Source: Dudresnaya verticillata
Lineage: Eukaryota
Direction: 5' to 3'
Assembly: GCA_977862235.1 (NCBI GenBank)
Contig: OZ374564.1
Coordinates: 2,232,001-2,296,000 of the forward strand
Length of the DNA: 64,000 nucleotides
Part shown: positions 24,519 through 36,874 of the stretch, in pieces
How the letters are laid out: each line of letters begins with the position of its first letter
How positions within the stretch are numbered: position 1 is the first letter of the stretch
The notes under the pieces: generated by a model
The model's database searches: none
Seen by the model: the letters and a program-made list of their open reading frames with translations, nothing else
What the model was told of the DNA's origin: nothing
Program-made: the position numbers and the translations under genes

Positions 24519-26363
24519 ATGATTATCCAAACTCTCACAGTCCTCGCTCTCCTGCTCAAACTCTCAGTTGCTTTCTCTTTCCCTGCGTATGACCCCTCCA
24601 AAGACCACCCATTCATTACCGACACCCAGTTCTCCTCCCTTCCCCGACATCAAGCAATCATTGGCTCCACCTCCTTTGGCGACGGCAGGCGACCCACCAA
24701 AGACTTACCCATCTTCATCCCCGGCCTCGCCACCTATGTCGAGCACGATTCCGGCGCCCTGTTCGCCGACAATCTCGACGCACTTTTCGTCACGGTATGC
24801 AGATCTGACAACCTTGAATTCCTCCGTGTCACCCTAACCGCCCCCGCTCGTGTCTTTATACTCATTAAGAGCATGTACTACTCGCCTGACAAGGCACCGA
24901 AGGATACTCTCTCGGTTACCGGTCTCCCCCAGGGCTGGGGCTCCCCGCGTGCGCTGCGGACGCAAGGTGGTCAGCCCATCACCTTCAGGACGGCCCGGAT
25001 GAACAGTTGGAGCCAGTTGGACAGTCACGTTGTGGCCGTGGAGAAGAGTTTCGGGGCTGGCGAGCAGGTTAAGCTCCCATGTGCCCCAAAGTTCCGTGTC
25101 AACGGCAGGAAGGGTAAGTCGTACGCTTTGCTTTTCGCTCAGCCAGGGAGTTCGGCCGCGCCTCCGACACGCTTTCCGTACCAGCAGACTCCGGCCACGT
25201 TCACCAATCGCCAGACGGGGGTTCAATCAATTCCGGAGCAAGTCAGGCCGAACGAGGACTGCCCTGCTTGGGTACATGACATGTACGTCACGCCCGGCCG
25301 GGACAATGACGTCGCTCAAAAGGAGGCAGAGCCCAGATTCTGGAAGACGTGGCACGCCCCTATCGAACCGTACTTTTGGTGTTACTTTGGACACGAGCAT
25401 GGCGCATATCCGGGCAAGTACAAGCCGATGCTTGATTACATGGCATGGAAGACTCAAGATAGTAGCACAAGTACTGGTCGGCAGAACGAGTCGAACGGAG
25501 GCTTCAAGATTGCTGCGCTTCCACTCTACTCTGAGAAAAAGTATGTGGTGCTCGCCGTCCACATGCACCTCTCTAGCTCGCGGCGGTTCTCGGCTCGTCA
25601 TCACACCATCATCTTTGCGGTATTGAACGACAAGTGGGAACTTGAAATGGAACTGCACATGAAGGGCGACTTTGGGTTTGCCTTTACACGGAAGATTCAA
25701 CAGAATGTCTTCCCATTGAACTCGCAGCAGGAAAAAATCAGAGGAGACATTAAGGGAGGGGATATCAAGTTTGTTGCCAACCGTCGATTCAATGTTCTAG
25801 ACGCAAGAAACTACCCGGATAGTGTGGATAAGACGATTCGGAACCACGATGGGTTGGATGCGACAGAGGAGAACAGAGCGAAAATCATGAAGGGCAACTA
25901 TGAGCAGTGGAAAGCCGTGCTGACGACGTGTTCTAAGAGTCCGGGCATGACAAATGCTTTCATCGACTTTGATGTGACGGATCCCGCAACGGCAAAGCTC
26001 AATATTGACGGACCCAACGACCCAATGCAATGGCTCAGCGGCGACTCTCGAGACCGTAACCTGAAAATTGCAGAGCCGTATGTTGACGTGGGGTTCGAGC
26101 ACTGCATTTTCAAGAACCAAGGGGTGCTTTCTGCTGCTAAGCAATTGGACGGTGTTTTCTATACAGACTCGTATTTCAAGGAGGCGCGCGGCAGCTCTGG
26201 ACCGTTCTCCCCTCGACAGTTCATCAAACCAGGGTTTGAGGGAATTAGAATTAAGGGTGGAAAGTACAGGTCGGTAGACCAGAGCACAGGCCATTATATG
26301 GTCCCGGGACTGCAACGACGAACGCTTAACCCTGAAGGGGCAATACTAGCGTCAATGAATTGA
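24519..26363 (+). CDS. Secreted protein of unknown function (614 aa), copy 2
   Basis: Same protein as copy 1 except A to V near the C-terminus. Confidence 0.9.
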   Translation: MIIQTLTVLALLLKLSVAFSFPAYDPSKDHPFITDTQFSSLPRHQAIIGSTSFGDGRRPTKDLPIFIPGLATYVEHDSGALFADNLDALFVTVCRSDNLEFLRVTLTAPARVFILIKSMYYSPDKAPKDTLSVTGLPQGWGSPRALRTQGGQPITFRTARMNSWSQLDSHVVAVEKSFGAGEQVKLPCAPKFRVNGRKGKSYALLFAQPGSSAAPPTRFPYQQTPATFTNRQTGVQSIPEQVRPNEDCPAWVHDMYVTPGRDNDVAQKEAEPRFWKTWHAPIEPYFWCYFGHEHGAYPGKYKPMLDYMAWKTQDSSTSTGRQNESNGGFKIAALPLYSEKKYVVLAVHMHLSSSRRFSARHHTIIFAVLNDKWELEMELHMKGDFGFAFTRKIQQNVFPLNSQQEKIRGDIKGGDIKFVANRRFNVLDARNYPDSVDKTIRNHDGLDATEENRAKIMKGNYEQWKAVLTTCSKSPGMTNAFIDFDVTDPATAKLNIDGPNDPMQWLSGDSRDRNLKIAEPYVDVGFEHCIFKNQGVLSAAKQLDGVFYTDSYFKEARGSSGPFSPRQFIKPGFEGIRIKGGKYRSVDQSTGHYMVPGLQRRTLNPEGAILASMN

Positions 26364-28084
26364 TGCATGCGTAGTCAAGCGTTGTTACACAGAGGAACCC
26401 TATCGAGAAAGCAGATACAAACTAGTCTCTTCGTAATAGGAGCTACGGAAAGGAGATCTTTACGAACAATCTAAAAGAGACCGCCTCTCAGAGATGGGGG
26501 AGATGGGGGAACTTTATGCCTCTCAGAGGGGCTTTTTAGAAATCAGATGCAACACGGATAAAAGTTTTCGAGCGGGTTTCTGCTCGAAGAGAATTGTGCA
26601 TACGCTACGAGTACAGAACAGCTTCAAAGAAAGGAGAGCAGCGCCCCTCGGCGCTTCTTTCGCCGTCCGGTTGGTCGCTGTTTTTCGAGGGTTTCAGTGC
26701 AGTGGGGCTCTCTGGGGCTATGGCAGCGTTTTCCCTCCCATACTCTTACGTACAGTAACACAAATATAGATACCAAGCGGTATGGGGTGGAGCGATCTCA
26801 CCCACAGCACTCTTGCCCCGTGGTACCCCCGGCTAACCCCGCACGTGCCCGCGTTGAGAGATTGGGTGACTCTCAATACAAGGCCCGGCCGGAAGCGAAT
26901 TATTGCCCGCTGAGCTTGCGTGAGACGTGCTTATAGGGCAAGGGACTGGGTCTGGATATATAAGGAGGTGGATGCTCAATCGAGGGGTTTGTTGGATCCC
27001 ATTAAACTGCAATAATGACAGAGAATATACCGAAACATACGAGCTCACCACGTTGATCGCACGCTGGACACCAGTTGTTCAACAAACGTTTTACAAACAA
27101 ACAACTGTGTCATGATCGGACGCTCAACTGTGTGTTCTGCGCATCAGACGAATTGCATTTATGTCCGACCAAAAGGACGTCGCCATTCGAGCCAGCTGCT
27201 CGTTGGAGCCCAAGACATTCCGTGGAAGACTGCGTCCATTAGCAGGTTGCATTTGCATTCATGAATGTACACTATATGTCGGAATGAACCTCTCAGACTT
27301 TCTGCTGTCACCAGGAAGCTTCTTGAAGAGCGAAACGACGGGTGGTGCTGGAACTCGTTTGCGCTTGTTGTGGGAAAATCGTTGTTGCTAACCGACTTGC
27401 TGTGGTGTCGTAGGGTTCAGCCAACCCCTCCCAAGTTCGTTAGTTGTGGTATTCGTTTCCGAGCTCGACGCCATTGCAACGAACGAGATGCTTATCGTAA
27501 ACAAAACTGCGCGTGGTCCTGCGCTTTCACTGGATCAATAACAGTCGCTATAATGTATTACTCCACTCAACCTTCATGTGAATTGTTCGGGACAGCACGG
27601 CACCGTTATAATGGTGCTGATCACATTTTGCCAACAATTTCAATGATTATAGCGATGCACTCCCCTTCAACCACGTTTCAGAGCATGCACCGACCTACAC
27701 TGTGACTTTTCTGCCGATCGCGAAGAAACGAATGGAGTTCGGCGTTTGTATTTCGGATTTTACGAAGCTCCTGTCTGTGGACGTCAGCCAACAGAGAGTG
27801 AAGAGACGTGGTGCTTTGCCCCCATCAAGTCACAGCTGCCTCTCAGTGAGCTACGCTAGTCGTCCACAGTGATGCAACAGCCCAGTTGTATCAGTTCTAT
27901 ATGCCTTTTGAAGCTTCTTCTATAATAGAAGCTCTATTCGCTCAGTCATACAATACATACAGTCATCATCTCATTGTTACGTCAAGTATTGTTACGTCAA
28001 GTACTACTTGTACTGGTACCAAGGAAAGCGAGGCGGGGGCTCATTACTGAGCATAGTAACCCTGACCAAGCCTGCTCTCCAAAA

Positions 28085-29923
28085 ATGAGTCTGCACGCAC
28101 TCACACTCCTCGCTCTCCTGCTCCACCTCGCAGCTGCGCTCTCTTTCCCCAAGTATGACCCATCCGTCGACCACCCATTCCTTACCGACAACCAGTTCTC
28201 CTCCCTTCCCAAGCATCAAGCAATCATTGGCTCCACCTCCTTTGGCGATGGCAGCCGGCCCTCCAAGCACTTACCCGTCTTCATCCCCGGTCTCGCCACC
28301 TACGTCGAGCACGATTCCGGCGCCCTATTCGCCGACAGCCTCGACGCACTTTTCGTCTCGGTATGCAGATCCGACAACCCTGCCTACCTCCGCGTTACCC
28401 TAACCGCCTCCACTCGCGTCTTTGTACTCATCACGAGCACGTATTACAACCCTAACAAGGCACCGAAGGATACGCTCTCCGTGACCGGTCTCCCCGACGG
28501 TTGGGGCTCCCCGCGCGCGCTGCGGACGCAAGATGGTCAGCCCATCACCTTCAGGACGGCCCGGATGAACAGTTGGAGCCAGTTGGACAGTCACGTTGTG
28601 GCCGTGGAGAAGAGTTTCGGGGCTGGCGAGCAGGTTAAGCTCCCATGTGCCCCAAAGTTCCGTGTCAACGGCAGGAAGGGTAAGTCGTACGCTTTGCTTT
28701 TCGCTCAGCCAGGGAGTTCGGCCGCGCCTCCGACACGCTTTCCGTACCAGCAGACTCCGGCCACGTTCACCAATCGCCAGACGGGGGTTCAATCGAGACC
28801 GGAGCAAGTCAGGCCGAACGAGGACTGCCCTGCTTGGGTACATGACATGTACGTCACGCCCGGCCGGGACAATGACGTCGCTCAAAAGGAGGCAGAGCCC
28901 AGATTCTGGAAGACATGGCACGCCCCTATCGAACCGTACTTTTGGTGTTACTTTGGACACGAGCATGGCGCATATCCGGGCAAGTACAAGCCGATGCTTG
29001 ATTACATGGCATGGAAGACTCAAGATAGTAGCACAAGTACTGGTCGGCAGAACGAGTCGAACGGAGGCTTCAAGATTGCTGCGCTTCCACTCTATTCTGA
29101 GAAAAAGTATGTGGTGCTCGTTGTCCACATGCACCTTTCCAGCTCGCGGCGGTTCTCGGCTCGTCACCACACGATCATCTTTGCGGTGTTGAACGAAAAG
29201 TGGGAGCTTGAAATGGAGCTTCACATGAAGGGGGACTTTGGGTTTGCGTTTACGCGCAAGGTTGGCAAGACGCTGTTCCCATTGAACGTGCAGCAGGAAG
29301 ATATCAGACAAGAGATTATCAGGAAGAAGATGATTGCCAACCGTCGATTCAATGTTCTGGACGCAAGCAACTACCCGGATAGTGTGGACAAGACGATTCG
29401 AAACAACGATGGGTTGAAGGCAACAGAGGAGAATAGAGCGAAAATCATGAGGGGTAACTACGAGCAGTGGAAGGCCGTGCTGACGACATGTTCTAAGAGT
29501 GCGGGCAGGAAAAATGCATTCATCGACTTTGATGTGACGAATCCCGCAACGGCAAAGCTGACTATTGACGGACCCAACGACGCGATGCAATGGCTGAGCG
29601 GGGACTCACGGAACCGTAACCTGAAAATTGCGATGCCGCACGTTGATGTGGGGCTCGAGCATTGCGTGTTCGAGGACCAAGTTATGTTTCGTGCTGCTAT
29701 GGAATCGGACGGTGTTTTCTATACAGACTCGTATTTCACGGTGGCGCGTGGCAGCTCTGACACGTTCTCCCCTCGACAATTCATCAAGCCAGGGTTTGAG
29801 GGAATTAGAATTATGGGTGGAAAGTACACTGCGGTAGACCAGAACACAGGGCATTATGAGGTGCCGGGGCTGAAGCGGAAACCGTTGAACCCTGAAGGGG
29901 CAATATTGAAGACAAGGAATTGA
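28085..29923 (+). CDS. Secreted protein of unknown function (612 aa), diverged copy 3
   Basis: ATG 28085 gives signal peptide MSLHALTLLALLLHLAAA, colinear with copies 1 and 2; upstream region 26641-28084 also paralogous. Confidence 0.9.
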   Translation: MSLHALTLLALLLHLAAALSFPKYDPSVDHPFLTDNQFSSLPKHQAIIGSTSFGDGSRPSKHLPVFIPGLATYVEHDSGALFADSLDALFVSVCRSDNPAYLRVTLTASTRVFVLITSTYYNPNKAPKDTLSVTGLPDGWGSPRALRTQDGQPITFRTARMNSWSQLDSHVVAVEKSFGAGEQVKLPCAPKFRVNGRKGKSYALLFAQPGSSAAPPTRFPYQQTPATFTNRQTGVQSRPEQVRPNEDCPAWVHDMYVTPGRDNDVAQKEAEPRFWKTWHAPIEPYFWCYFGHEHGAYPGKYKPMLDYMAWKTQDSSTSTGRQNESNGGFKIAALPLYSEKKYVVLVVHMHLSSSRRFSARHHTIIFAVLNEKWELEMELHMKGDFGFAFTRKVGKTLFPLNVQQEDIRQEIIRKKMIANRRFNVLDASNYPDSVDKTIRNNDGLKATEENRAKIMRGNYEQWKAVLTTCSKSAGRKNAFIDFDVTNPATAKLTIDGPNDAMQWLSGDSRNRNLKIAMPHVDVGLEHCVFEDQVMFRAAMESDGVFYTDSYFTVARGSSDTFSPRQFIKPGFEGIRIMGGKYTAVDQNTGHYEVPGLKRKPLNPEGAILKTRN

Positions 29924-31170
29924 TGGGTGCACAAAGCATCTAAAAGCTACAGTCAATAGAGTTGGTGTGCGAAGAGAATTGTCGGATAGCGTACATAGCC
30001 TTGTGCACACTGCGTGAATACCTGTGAAGAGTCAAAATGGGGAGTAGAGAGCAGTGATAGGTCTGAGGCAGCCTGTACATTCTCACTTTGGCCGTGCGTA
30101 TGCTCGAACGTCTGCTACCCGGTGCCTGCAATTACCATCCCGTTGGGCACAAGCGGCAGCAGCGCCAGGAAGGTGGTAGTTATCAGCGGCGGCGCTGCGG
30201 TAGGCAGCAGCACGAAGAGGCATGTCTATTTCTCTGTGGCGTTTCTATAGTCGCTCTATCTTTGTTATCTTGTTGCTTTTGATCAATATCTCACCTTCTC
30301 CGTTTTCTAGCGCTGGCAATCAATCGCCGTCGTCTTGCCCTTCAGGTAGGTCCTTGAGTAGACCGGGCGACCTAGCGCCCTTCGAACCCTACCATAAAGT
30401 TCCCCATCTCTCTCTCTTCAATCACTGTTTTTTTCTGTTTAGGGCGACAACCTGGCGGCGGGCGGGGATGAAGAAGAGTAGAAGCGGCGCGGGTGCGGCG
30501 CGTGGGTGCGGCGCGCGGCCGCATCGCAGCTGCGCGGGGCGTGGCTTTCGGTGGCGCAGCGAAGGCGGCGGCGCGAGTGGCTGACGCGCTGGCTTGTCGA
30601 TCGGCCGGGGGAGCAGACCGGTAGTTTGTTGGTCAGTGTGCGGAGTCGACGTAGATTTCGGCGGCTCGATCGGGGCGGGTGCGTGGGTACACGTACTTTG
30701 CCCAGACTTGTGGAGTTCGTTATTATTATTACTATCGCGGTGCGCCCGGAGTACGGCAACAAGCGGAGTGATGAACAACTATGGCCTTAAGGGAAACACC
30801 GCCGCGGCGGCGGGACGCGTTTTACCTCCGCGGCGCGCGCGAAGCCCGGCTCTGGCGGCGCGTCGACAGAGCCCGCTCTGCGACAGGCGGGTCTTTTAGG
30901 GATGCTCCGCTCGCATCGCCAACAACGCCTGAACACGTAGCCGCTCGCATCGGGCACGCTGCCGCCGTCGCGCCGTCGAACAACCACACCCACCGTTGCG
31001 GCAACAACCCACCCGCGCCTCGTACGTGCGCGCGTTTCGCGCTTTCCGACACCCCTAACAATAAGGCTAGCGATTCAACCCACTCATGACAGTGCCAACA
31101 CACCTGCTGTTAGCAACAACAACACCCCGCGCCCGCCGTCGCGCCTGCCCCATGACTGCCGCACCCCGCC

Positions 31171-31171
<1 letters not shown>

Positions 31172-31210
<39 letters not shown>

Positions 31211-31223
31211 GCCGCCGCCGCCG
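31172..31223 (+). repeat. Compound (GCT)n(GCC)n microsatellite just upstream of the glycosyltransferase ATG
   Basis: Seen directly. Confidence 0.9.
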
Positions 31224-31240
31224 CACCAGCACCAGCAGCC

Positions 31241-33346
31241 ATGAGGCACGAGCCTGCCAAGCCGCGCGCCTCCCCCGCGCTCCGCCTGGCCCCCGCCGCG
31301 GGCTGGTCCAGCCTGCGCGTGCCGGCGCTGATCGCTGTGAGCGTCCTGCTGACGGCCGTGCTCACGCACGTGGCCACGCTCAACCTGCCGCATCTACGCG
31401 CGGTGTCGTCGTCCGCGCTGCGCCCGGCGTCGCTGTCCGAGGCGGACCCGCCGGCCGCGCCGGCCGCGCCGAGCCCTGCGCCGCCGCTGGCGGTCGCCGC
31501 CCGCGCGGCGCGCCTCGTCGCCACCGCCTGGCTGCGCCACCTGCGCGCCACCTCCTCCCCGCCGGGTCGAGTGGTCACGGCGCGCGCAGGCTGCCGCGAG
31601 TACCACGCCGGCGCGCAGAGCTGCGTGTACGACGGCATTGTGTGCATCAACACCTCGCTAGCCAACACCAAGGTCCGCCCGGAGGTCTACTTTGTGGACG
31701 ACACTAAGCCGGACGGCCAGGTCGTGCCGTCGGACCGCTGGTGTAGCCTGCGCCACCAGTCGGCCGACCCCAGGTACTATGGCACGCGCCAGTGGCCGAT
31801 TCTCAACGGCACGGTCGCGCCGAGGGCCTCCTATCTCGAGGCCTACTATCGCACCACGAAGAGCTTGTTTGGCAAACGCCTTGACAGGGAGCAAGGCGCG
31901 GATTGGAGCAATGACCACCTGCTTCGCCAGCATAAGATTCGCTGGCTTGATCAGCTTTGGCTGCTTGACTTTGATAACATCAAGACCGATCACAACAACC
32001 ATCTTCTCATGGATGTCATCTGGATGCTTGACGTCGTCCTTTGGCAGCACGCCGCAGACTTGCAGAGACGCCCGGGCATCACAGACCCCAACATTCCGTT
32101 CAACGAATCCGTGGGCCATTTATTCCCGCCAACCCCGCCGCAGCTCTACTTTCCAATGAGCGAGCAACAGTTTGTCTTCCAGACAAGGCGCGACATCAAC
32201 CGCCTTGTCTACGGACTCGTGCTTCACCTCGACCTGTCGCAGCTCTATCCGAATCTCACCGCCAAGCAGCGTCAAACCCCGCCTGACAGCCCTCGTCTCA
32301 CCACCCCGATGTTTGAAGCCTTTCCAGAGCTTAAGAAACGCGAGCGCTTCCTTTTCCACACCGACCTTCGCAACGAGAGTAATACCGATTTGGTTTGCAC
32401 CCCGCGCTTCACTGCCGGTGCAAAGATGGCCACGGGCGGCCACGAGCGCGTCTGCCGGTTCATGCGCCGTCGCGGTTTCGAGCTGTATGGTATCCCTGAA
32501 ATCCCGATGGTCCGCCTGGGACACACCTACTACCCGCGGCCCCCAAAAAGGATTGTCATCTTGCAGCGTCACGTCACCAGGGGCATTGCAAACCTGGACG
32601 CCCTGGTAAAAGCCCTGCACGACGAATTTGACAAGTTCGATGTTGAGATCGAAGTCGTCAAGACAGACAAGGTCCAGACTGCCGAGGAGCATGTCCGCGT
32701 CTTCTCTAGAGTTGGTGTTCTCCTTACCCCGCACGGTTCTCAGTCAATGGGTATGATATGGATGCCACGGCATAGGTTCGTTTCCGACACGCGCCCCCAG
32801 ATCCCAGATTATGTTCTGCCCTACGACCAGCTCAACAAGATCGACCTCGCGATTGTCGTTTTCAGCGTTCGCTTCGTGCACGAGTTCTGACATCATGCTC
32901 TCTCTGGGTTTTCCCTTCTCTTGCGGCTGTCTCATTCTGTGCGCGCGTTCAGTTCCATAATTGAGGTGATGAACGTCGGCCATTACGATTATGCGTTCAA
33001 CTTGCTTTCTGAGAGCTGCCAAGTTTGGTATTATGAGCTACAGAGCTTGCGACCTAAGAGTAAGTTTGCATCTCTAGCCGGAATCCCCCCGAAATGACGA
33101 AGTTTTACGAGCACAGAGCTGACCATTCGCTTTGTTTTGCTCTCCACGCATTTTCCAGACCGTCCTAGGGAGTACTACATGAAGCATTGCGGGAAACGGG
33201 TTCCCCATATGCACAGTCCATGTCATGCCGTCAAAACCGTGGATCTGGTTGTTGATATTCCGGAAGCCATCAAGACGATAACGCTCGCCTTGGAGCGCAT
33301 GGGTTACGCTCTTGGAGAATGGCTGGATCGCGTAAAGGTGGGTTAG
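31241..33346 (+). CDS. GT61-like type II membrane glycosyltransferase, about 609 aa; exons 31241-32775, 32953-33059, 33159-33346
   Basis: N-terminal TM anchor and Pro/Ala stem; RIVILQR...RGIANL, EEHVRVFSRVGVLLTPHGSQSMGMIWMP, then SIIEV after splicing; GT-AG introns with CTGAC branch sites keep the frame. Confidence 0.82.
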
Positions 33347-34461
33347 CCCTGTTTCGTGACATTGGCAAAGTGGACCACGGCACACAGTGGACGAGCGTCC
33401 ATGCATCTGCCAGGAGAAACTACACATTGTTCGGGCCTGTAACTGGCAAGACGGATGATATGTGGTTCGTTCTGATGTATATATCAGCATGGAGCAAGAT
33501 TGCGATACAGAAACGCGCATGGGGATCGCCGAAATAACGCAAACCGCTATGCGAGATTCCGCACGAACGTGACCAGTTCCGGACTAATGCAGTATCAACA
33601 TGAGGGTTGGTGTGACCTCTTTGTAGCCACCGCGGATAACGTTTGACGTGTACTCTAGGTAGACCCGAGAAGCGCAGAGCAAAAGACAAGATGCAGTCAC
33701 AACAAGTACGTCGCCAAAATCTTGAGACCTGCATCGGTCGAATATGCGCGCAGGACCTCACGATCCCAGTCGACACTGACGCCTTCAGGCATAGAAAGCA
33801 GTTTTGGATGCGCAGCGAGCTGTTATGACCGTGTCGATGGAGACACGTGCAGAATGGTAGCATAGACTCGGAGAATCAGATGAAAAGCAACACGACATCG
33901 CTTCTGTTGCATGCCTCCTGAAATTTTCTGTGGTGTGGATGTTGTCGCTTAAACATACAACACTTGCAGAAATGGAGAAGGTGTTGCATGTTCGTCACTT
34001 TGTTGCAGAGTCCAGTTGCTTGGTGCTATGACCAACACCGTCGCCGCCCAGTGCATTTCCTGTCAGCCAGGCCGGAGAATCGAGGCATGAAGTGCCGTGC
34101 AGCTCTTGCAGCAGTCCAGGTGCGCGTAGCAGACGGAGCCGATTGCCACGCACGCACGTCGCGATACGGAATGCAGATACACGTATTTCAAACAGCATGA
34201 GCCATCATCTGCGTCTCGTCGAGCCAAAGCCCAGAGGAGCAGAAAGGCCCCTGCCCTTATCCGTGTCCCTTCTTGACCCTTGCAGTCGGAAACTCTAGCG
34301 CCAAGTTGACGGCAACCGTTTCACGAGCAGCGCACGCGAAGAAGCATCGAGAAGAGGAAAGCAAGCGGCCGCTGAGCTACAGCGCGATGAGGGCGGAGGC
34401 GGAGCTGAAGGTTTAGGCGCAGATGAGATCGGAGGGTGGCGTCCTTACAGCGCGTCGCGTA

Positions 34462-35109
34462 CAATAGATCCGCGATAATTGCATATTAACGGTTGCCGGG
34501 ACGCCTATGCAATAGGTGGTCATATTCAACTATCGGTACTGTAAGTTACATTGCTGTATCAATCAAAAAGACGTTTACTCATAGACTGTGCCGAATACCC
34601 ATACTTGCGAGAAGAACGTATCCAGCGTCGTTTGGGTTGCCGCGCCGCCCTCTGGCGTCGCAAAGCGGCCTGCAAACGATTCATGGCGCGCATCCCCGCC
34701 CCGCCCCGCAATGCTCCGGGTTCGCGCCTAGGACTTGCTTCGCGATATCAACGGCTTTAAGTGCGGCCCGGGGTGCAGGGGCCTGTTGTGAGCTGTCCCG
34801 CCTGACGCCCGCCGTTTTAAATGGGTTGCGATGTGGCGGGCGATTAACCAGCCTGAAAAGCGCGCGGTTTGTCCTCAGTTAGAAATCTGCAACACTGCAG
34901 CGCGCCATGCAGGGCATTGCCCTCATTGATCCCCCTGCCTGGCTCATTCTGGACTACCTGCGATCGAGATTGAGCCATGCAAATAGCGAGTTTGAATAGA
35001 GGGCCGATTTTTGGTTAAAATTTGAAGGCTCCCGTGGTGGGAGTCGGATCTATCATGCAAATACCGCAATTATCCAATTATCGAGTATTCAATTATCGCG
35101 GATCGACTG
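34462..35109. mobile_element. Non-autonomous Tc1/mariner-type MITE (648 bp)
   Basis: 20-bp TIRs CAATAGATCCGCGATAATTG and CAGTCGATCCGCGATAATTG (18/20), TA on both sides, no transposase-like ORF. Confidence 0.75.
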
Positions 35110-36874
35110 TATTTTGGCGATGGCTTACAGAAAGTGGGATTCGTTAAGCTCATGGGCGGAATACCTGTACTAATCGAGGAACTGTGCTCAACCGCGGCAA
35201 ATGTGCGGATGTGGCGCTGGAACGCCGTAGTGGAGAGACTCGTACGACTCCGACAACTACAGTAGCTAACCTAGAAGCTAACGAGCCGAGGTGATCTGCT
35301 AGCTAGTTATCCAAACTCTGGTCTTGATTGGAGCCGAGCGCTATCTTTAGGTCAATGTCGTAAAATCGGCTTGGGTTTGTCCACGGAGGTGGACGCGTCT
35401 TGGTGTTGGGATGATAACCGGCCCTACTCGACGGTATGTAGTCGGGAGGGGTCGGGACACACGCGGGGGCCGGTGCGTATAGTGCCGGGTAGATAGCGAC
35501 GGCGGCCGGTGAGCTGACGAAGTTCTGGAGAGGTGCAGTTGGTAACATTTGTGGTGAAGCGGCCGTTGTGAAGTGCCGACGACGGTTGAGCCGACTCGCG
35601 ACCGGCGCACCGGTGAGCTGGCGCCAAAATCCGAACGGGAGTGCAGCGACACAGTAGCACTGTACGCCTTGCTGGCGTCTGCGCGCACCACCAATAGGAG
35701 CCAAGTAGTTGATTTATTTGTAATTAAGTAATTGTAATGATGCTGTACAGTACGTAGTGTCAGCCGGCCAATGAGAATGCCGAGCATGTCCGCAACGGTG
35801 ACCGGGACCACTAGGGCCGGACCCACCTGGTGGCCCAGACCCATTGGGGTATGGCCCACCCGGACCGGACCGCGGGGCGTATCTCCCAGTATATTAATGG
35901 GTGGGCACCGCGAGTCCTACAGTAAACGGGCACGCAACCCTGGGCAAAGTGAATTACCCTAAGCCTTACCCTCATACGCCTTTACGGTTTCCCCTCGCCA
36001 GCCCCGTGCACGGATTCCTCTTACCTCCGTCCCGGTGTAGCTGCCCTGGCACTGTACCGTCCCCCTTGTCTGTTGCGTCCCTTTACTCCTTACAGGTGTT
36101 GCCGCTCGAGGTACTCCCTTCGGTCTACGAACTAAGCTCTACCACCCCGGTGCCGTGTGAGATCACTCCTTATTGGGATTGCCTGATCAGCTCTCCTTAC
36201 AGGTGTGCCTTTCACTTCACCACATCTTCACAAAATTCTTGGTGCCGGGAAGTAGGGAGCTTCCCGGTTCACGGCAACTTTATAGTCCTGTAGCGCTAGG
36301 CTTGACTGTGTAAAACTAAACGGACAGGGGTAAAAGCTAAACGGAGAGGGATAAATTAGAGGGCGTCACCCAGGAATGGGTCTTAACACTACCAAATAGA
36401 AGCTATTCCTACAGCGTGGAGTTGGCCTCGCTGTCCAATGTTTGTCTAAGCGACGGTAAAGTAAACTGCATGGGTGACCTTGCCCATATTCTATAGTGGA
36501 GGAGGATAGAGGTATCCGGTCCGTGGGGGCCAGACCCTAGTGGTCTGGACCCATGGTGGAATCGGCCCTGCTGGTCCCAATCTCCGACACGGACATGCGC
36601 AGCATTCTCATTGGCTGGCGCACTACTTGACGTACTGTACAGATACTCATTAAAAATAAAGAATAAACACTACAAATACTCCGATATGGTTGGTGTGCTT
36701 CACTGCTGTACAGCAATGCGTACCGGCGTACAGCAATGCGCACAACATCCGACACGGTTACACGTTGCCAGATCATCAGCGTGGCGTATTGCCACATCAC
36801 CCGTTACGGTTGGCTCGCCGTCGGTGGGCCGCATTCTCGCCACGGCTCACTTCACCACAGACTCCCCTCCTTAA

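Noticed and set aside
28400..29590. 396-aa minus-strand ORF
   Set aside because: Shadow of the secreted-protein gene; broken by stops in copies 1 and 2
30420..31240. GC-rich overlapping ORFs upstream of the glycosyltransferase
   Set aside because: Low-complexity products expected from GC-rich promoter/UTR sequence
32776..32890. Unspliced C-terminus of the 549-aa ORF
   Set aside because: Reads into an intron; splicing restores the expected GT61 continuation
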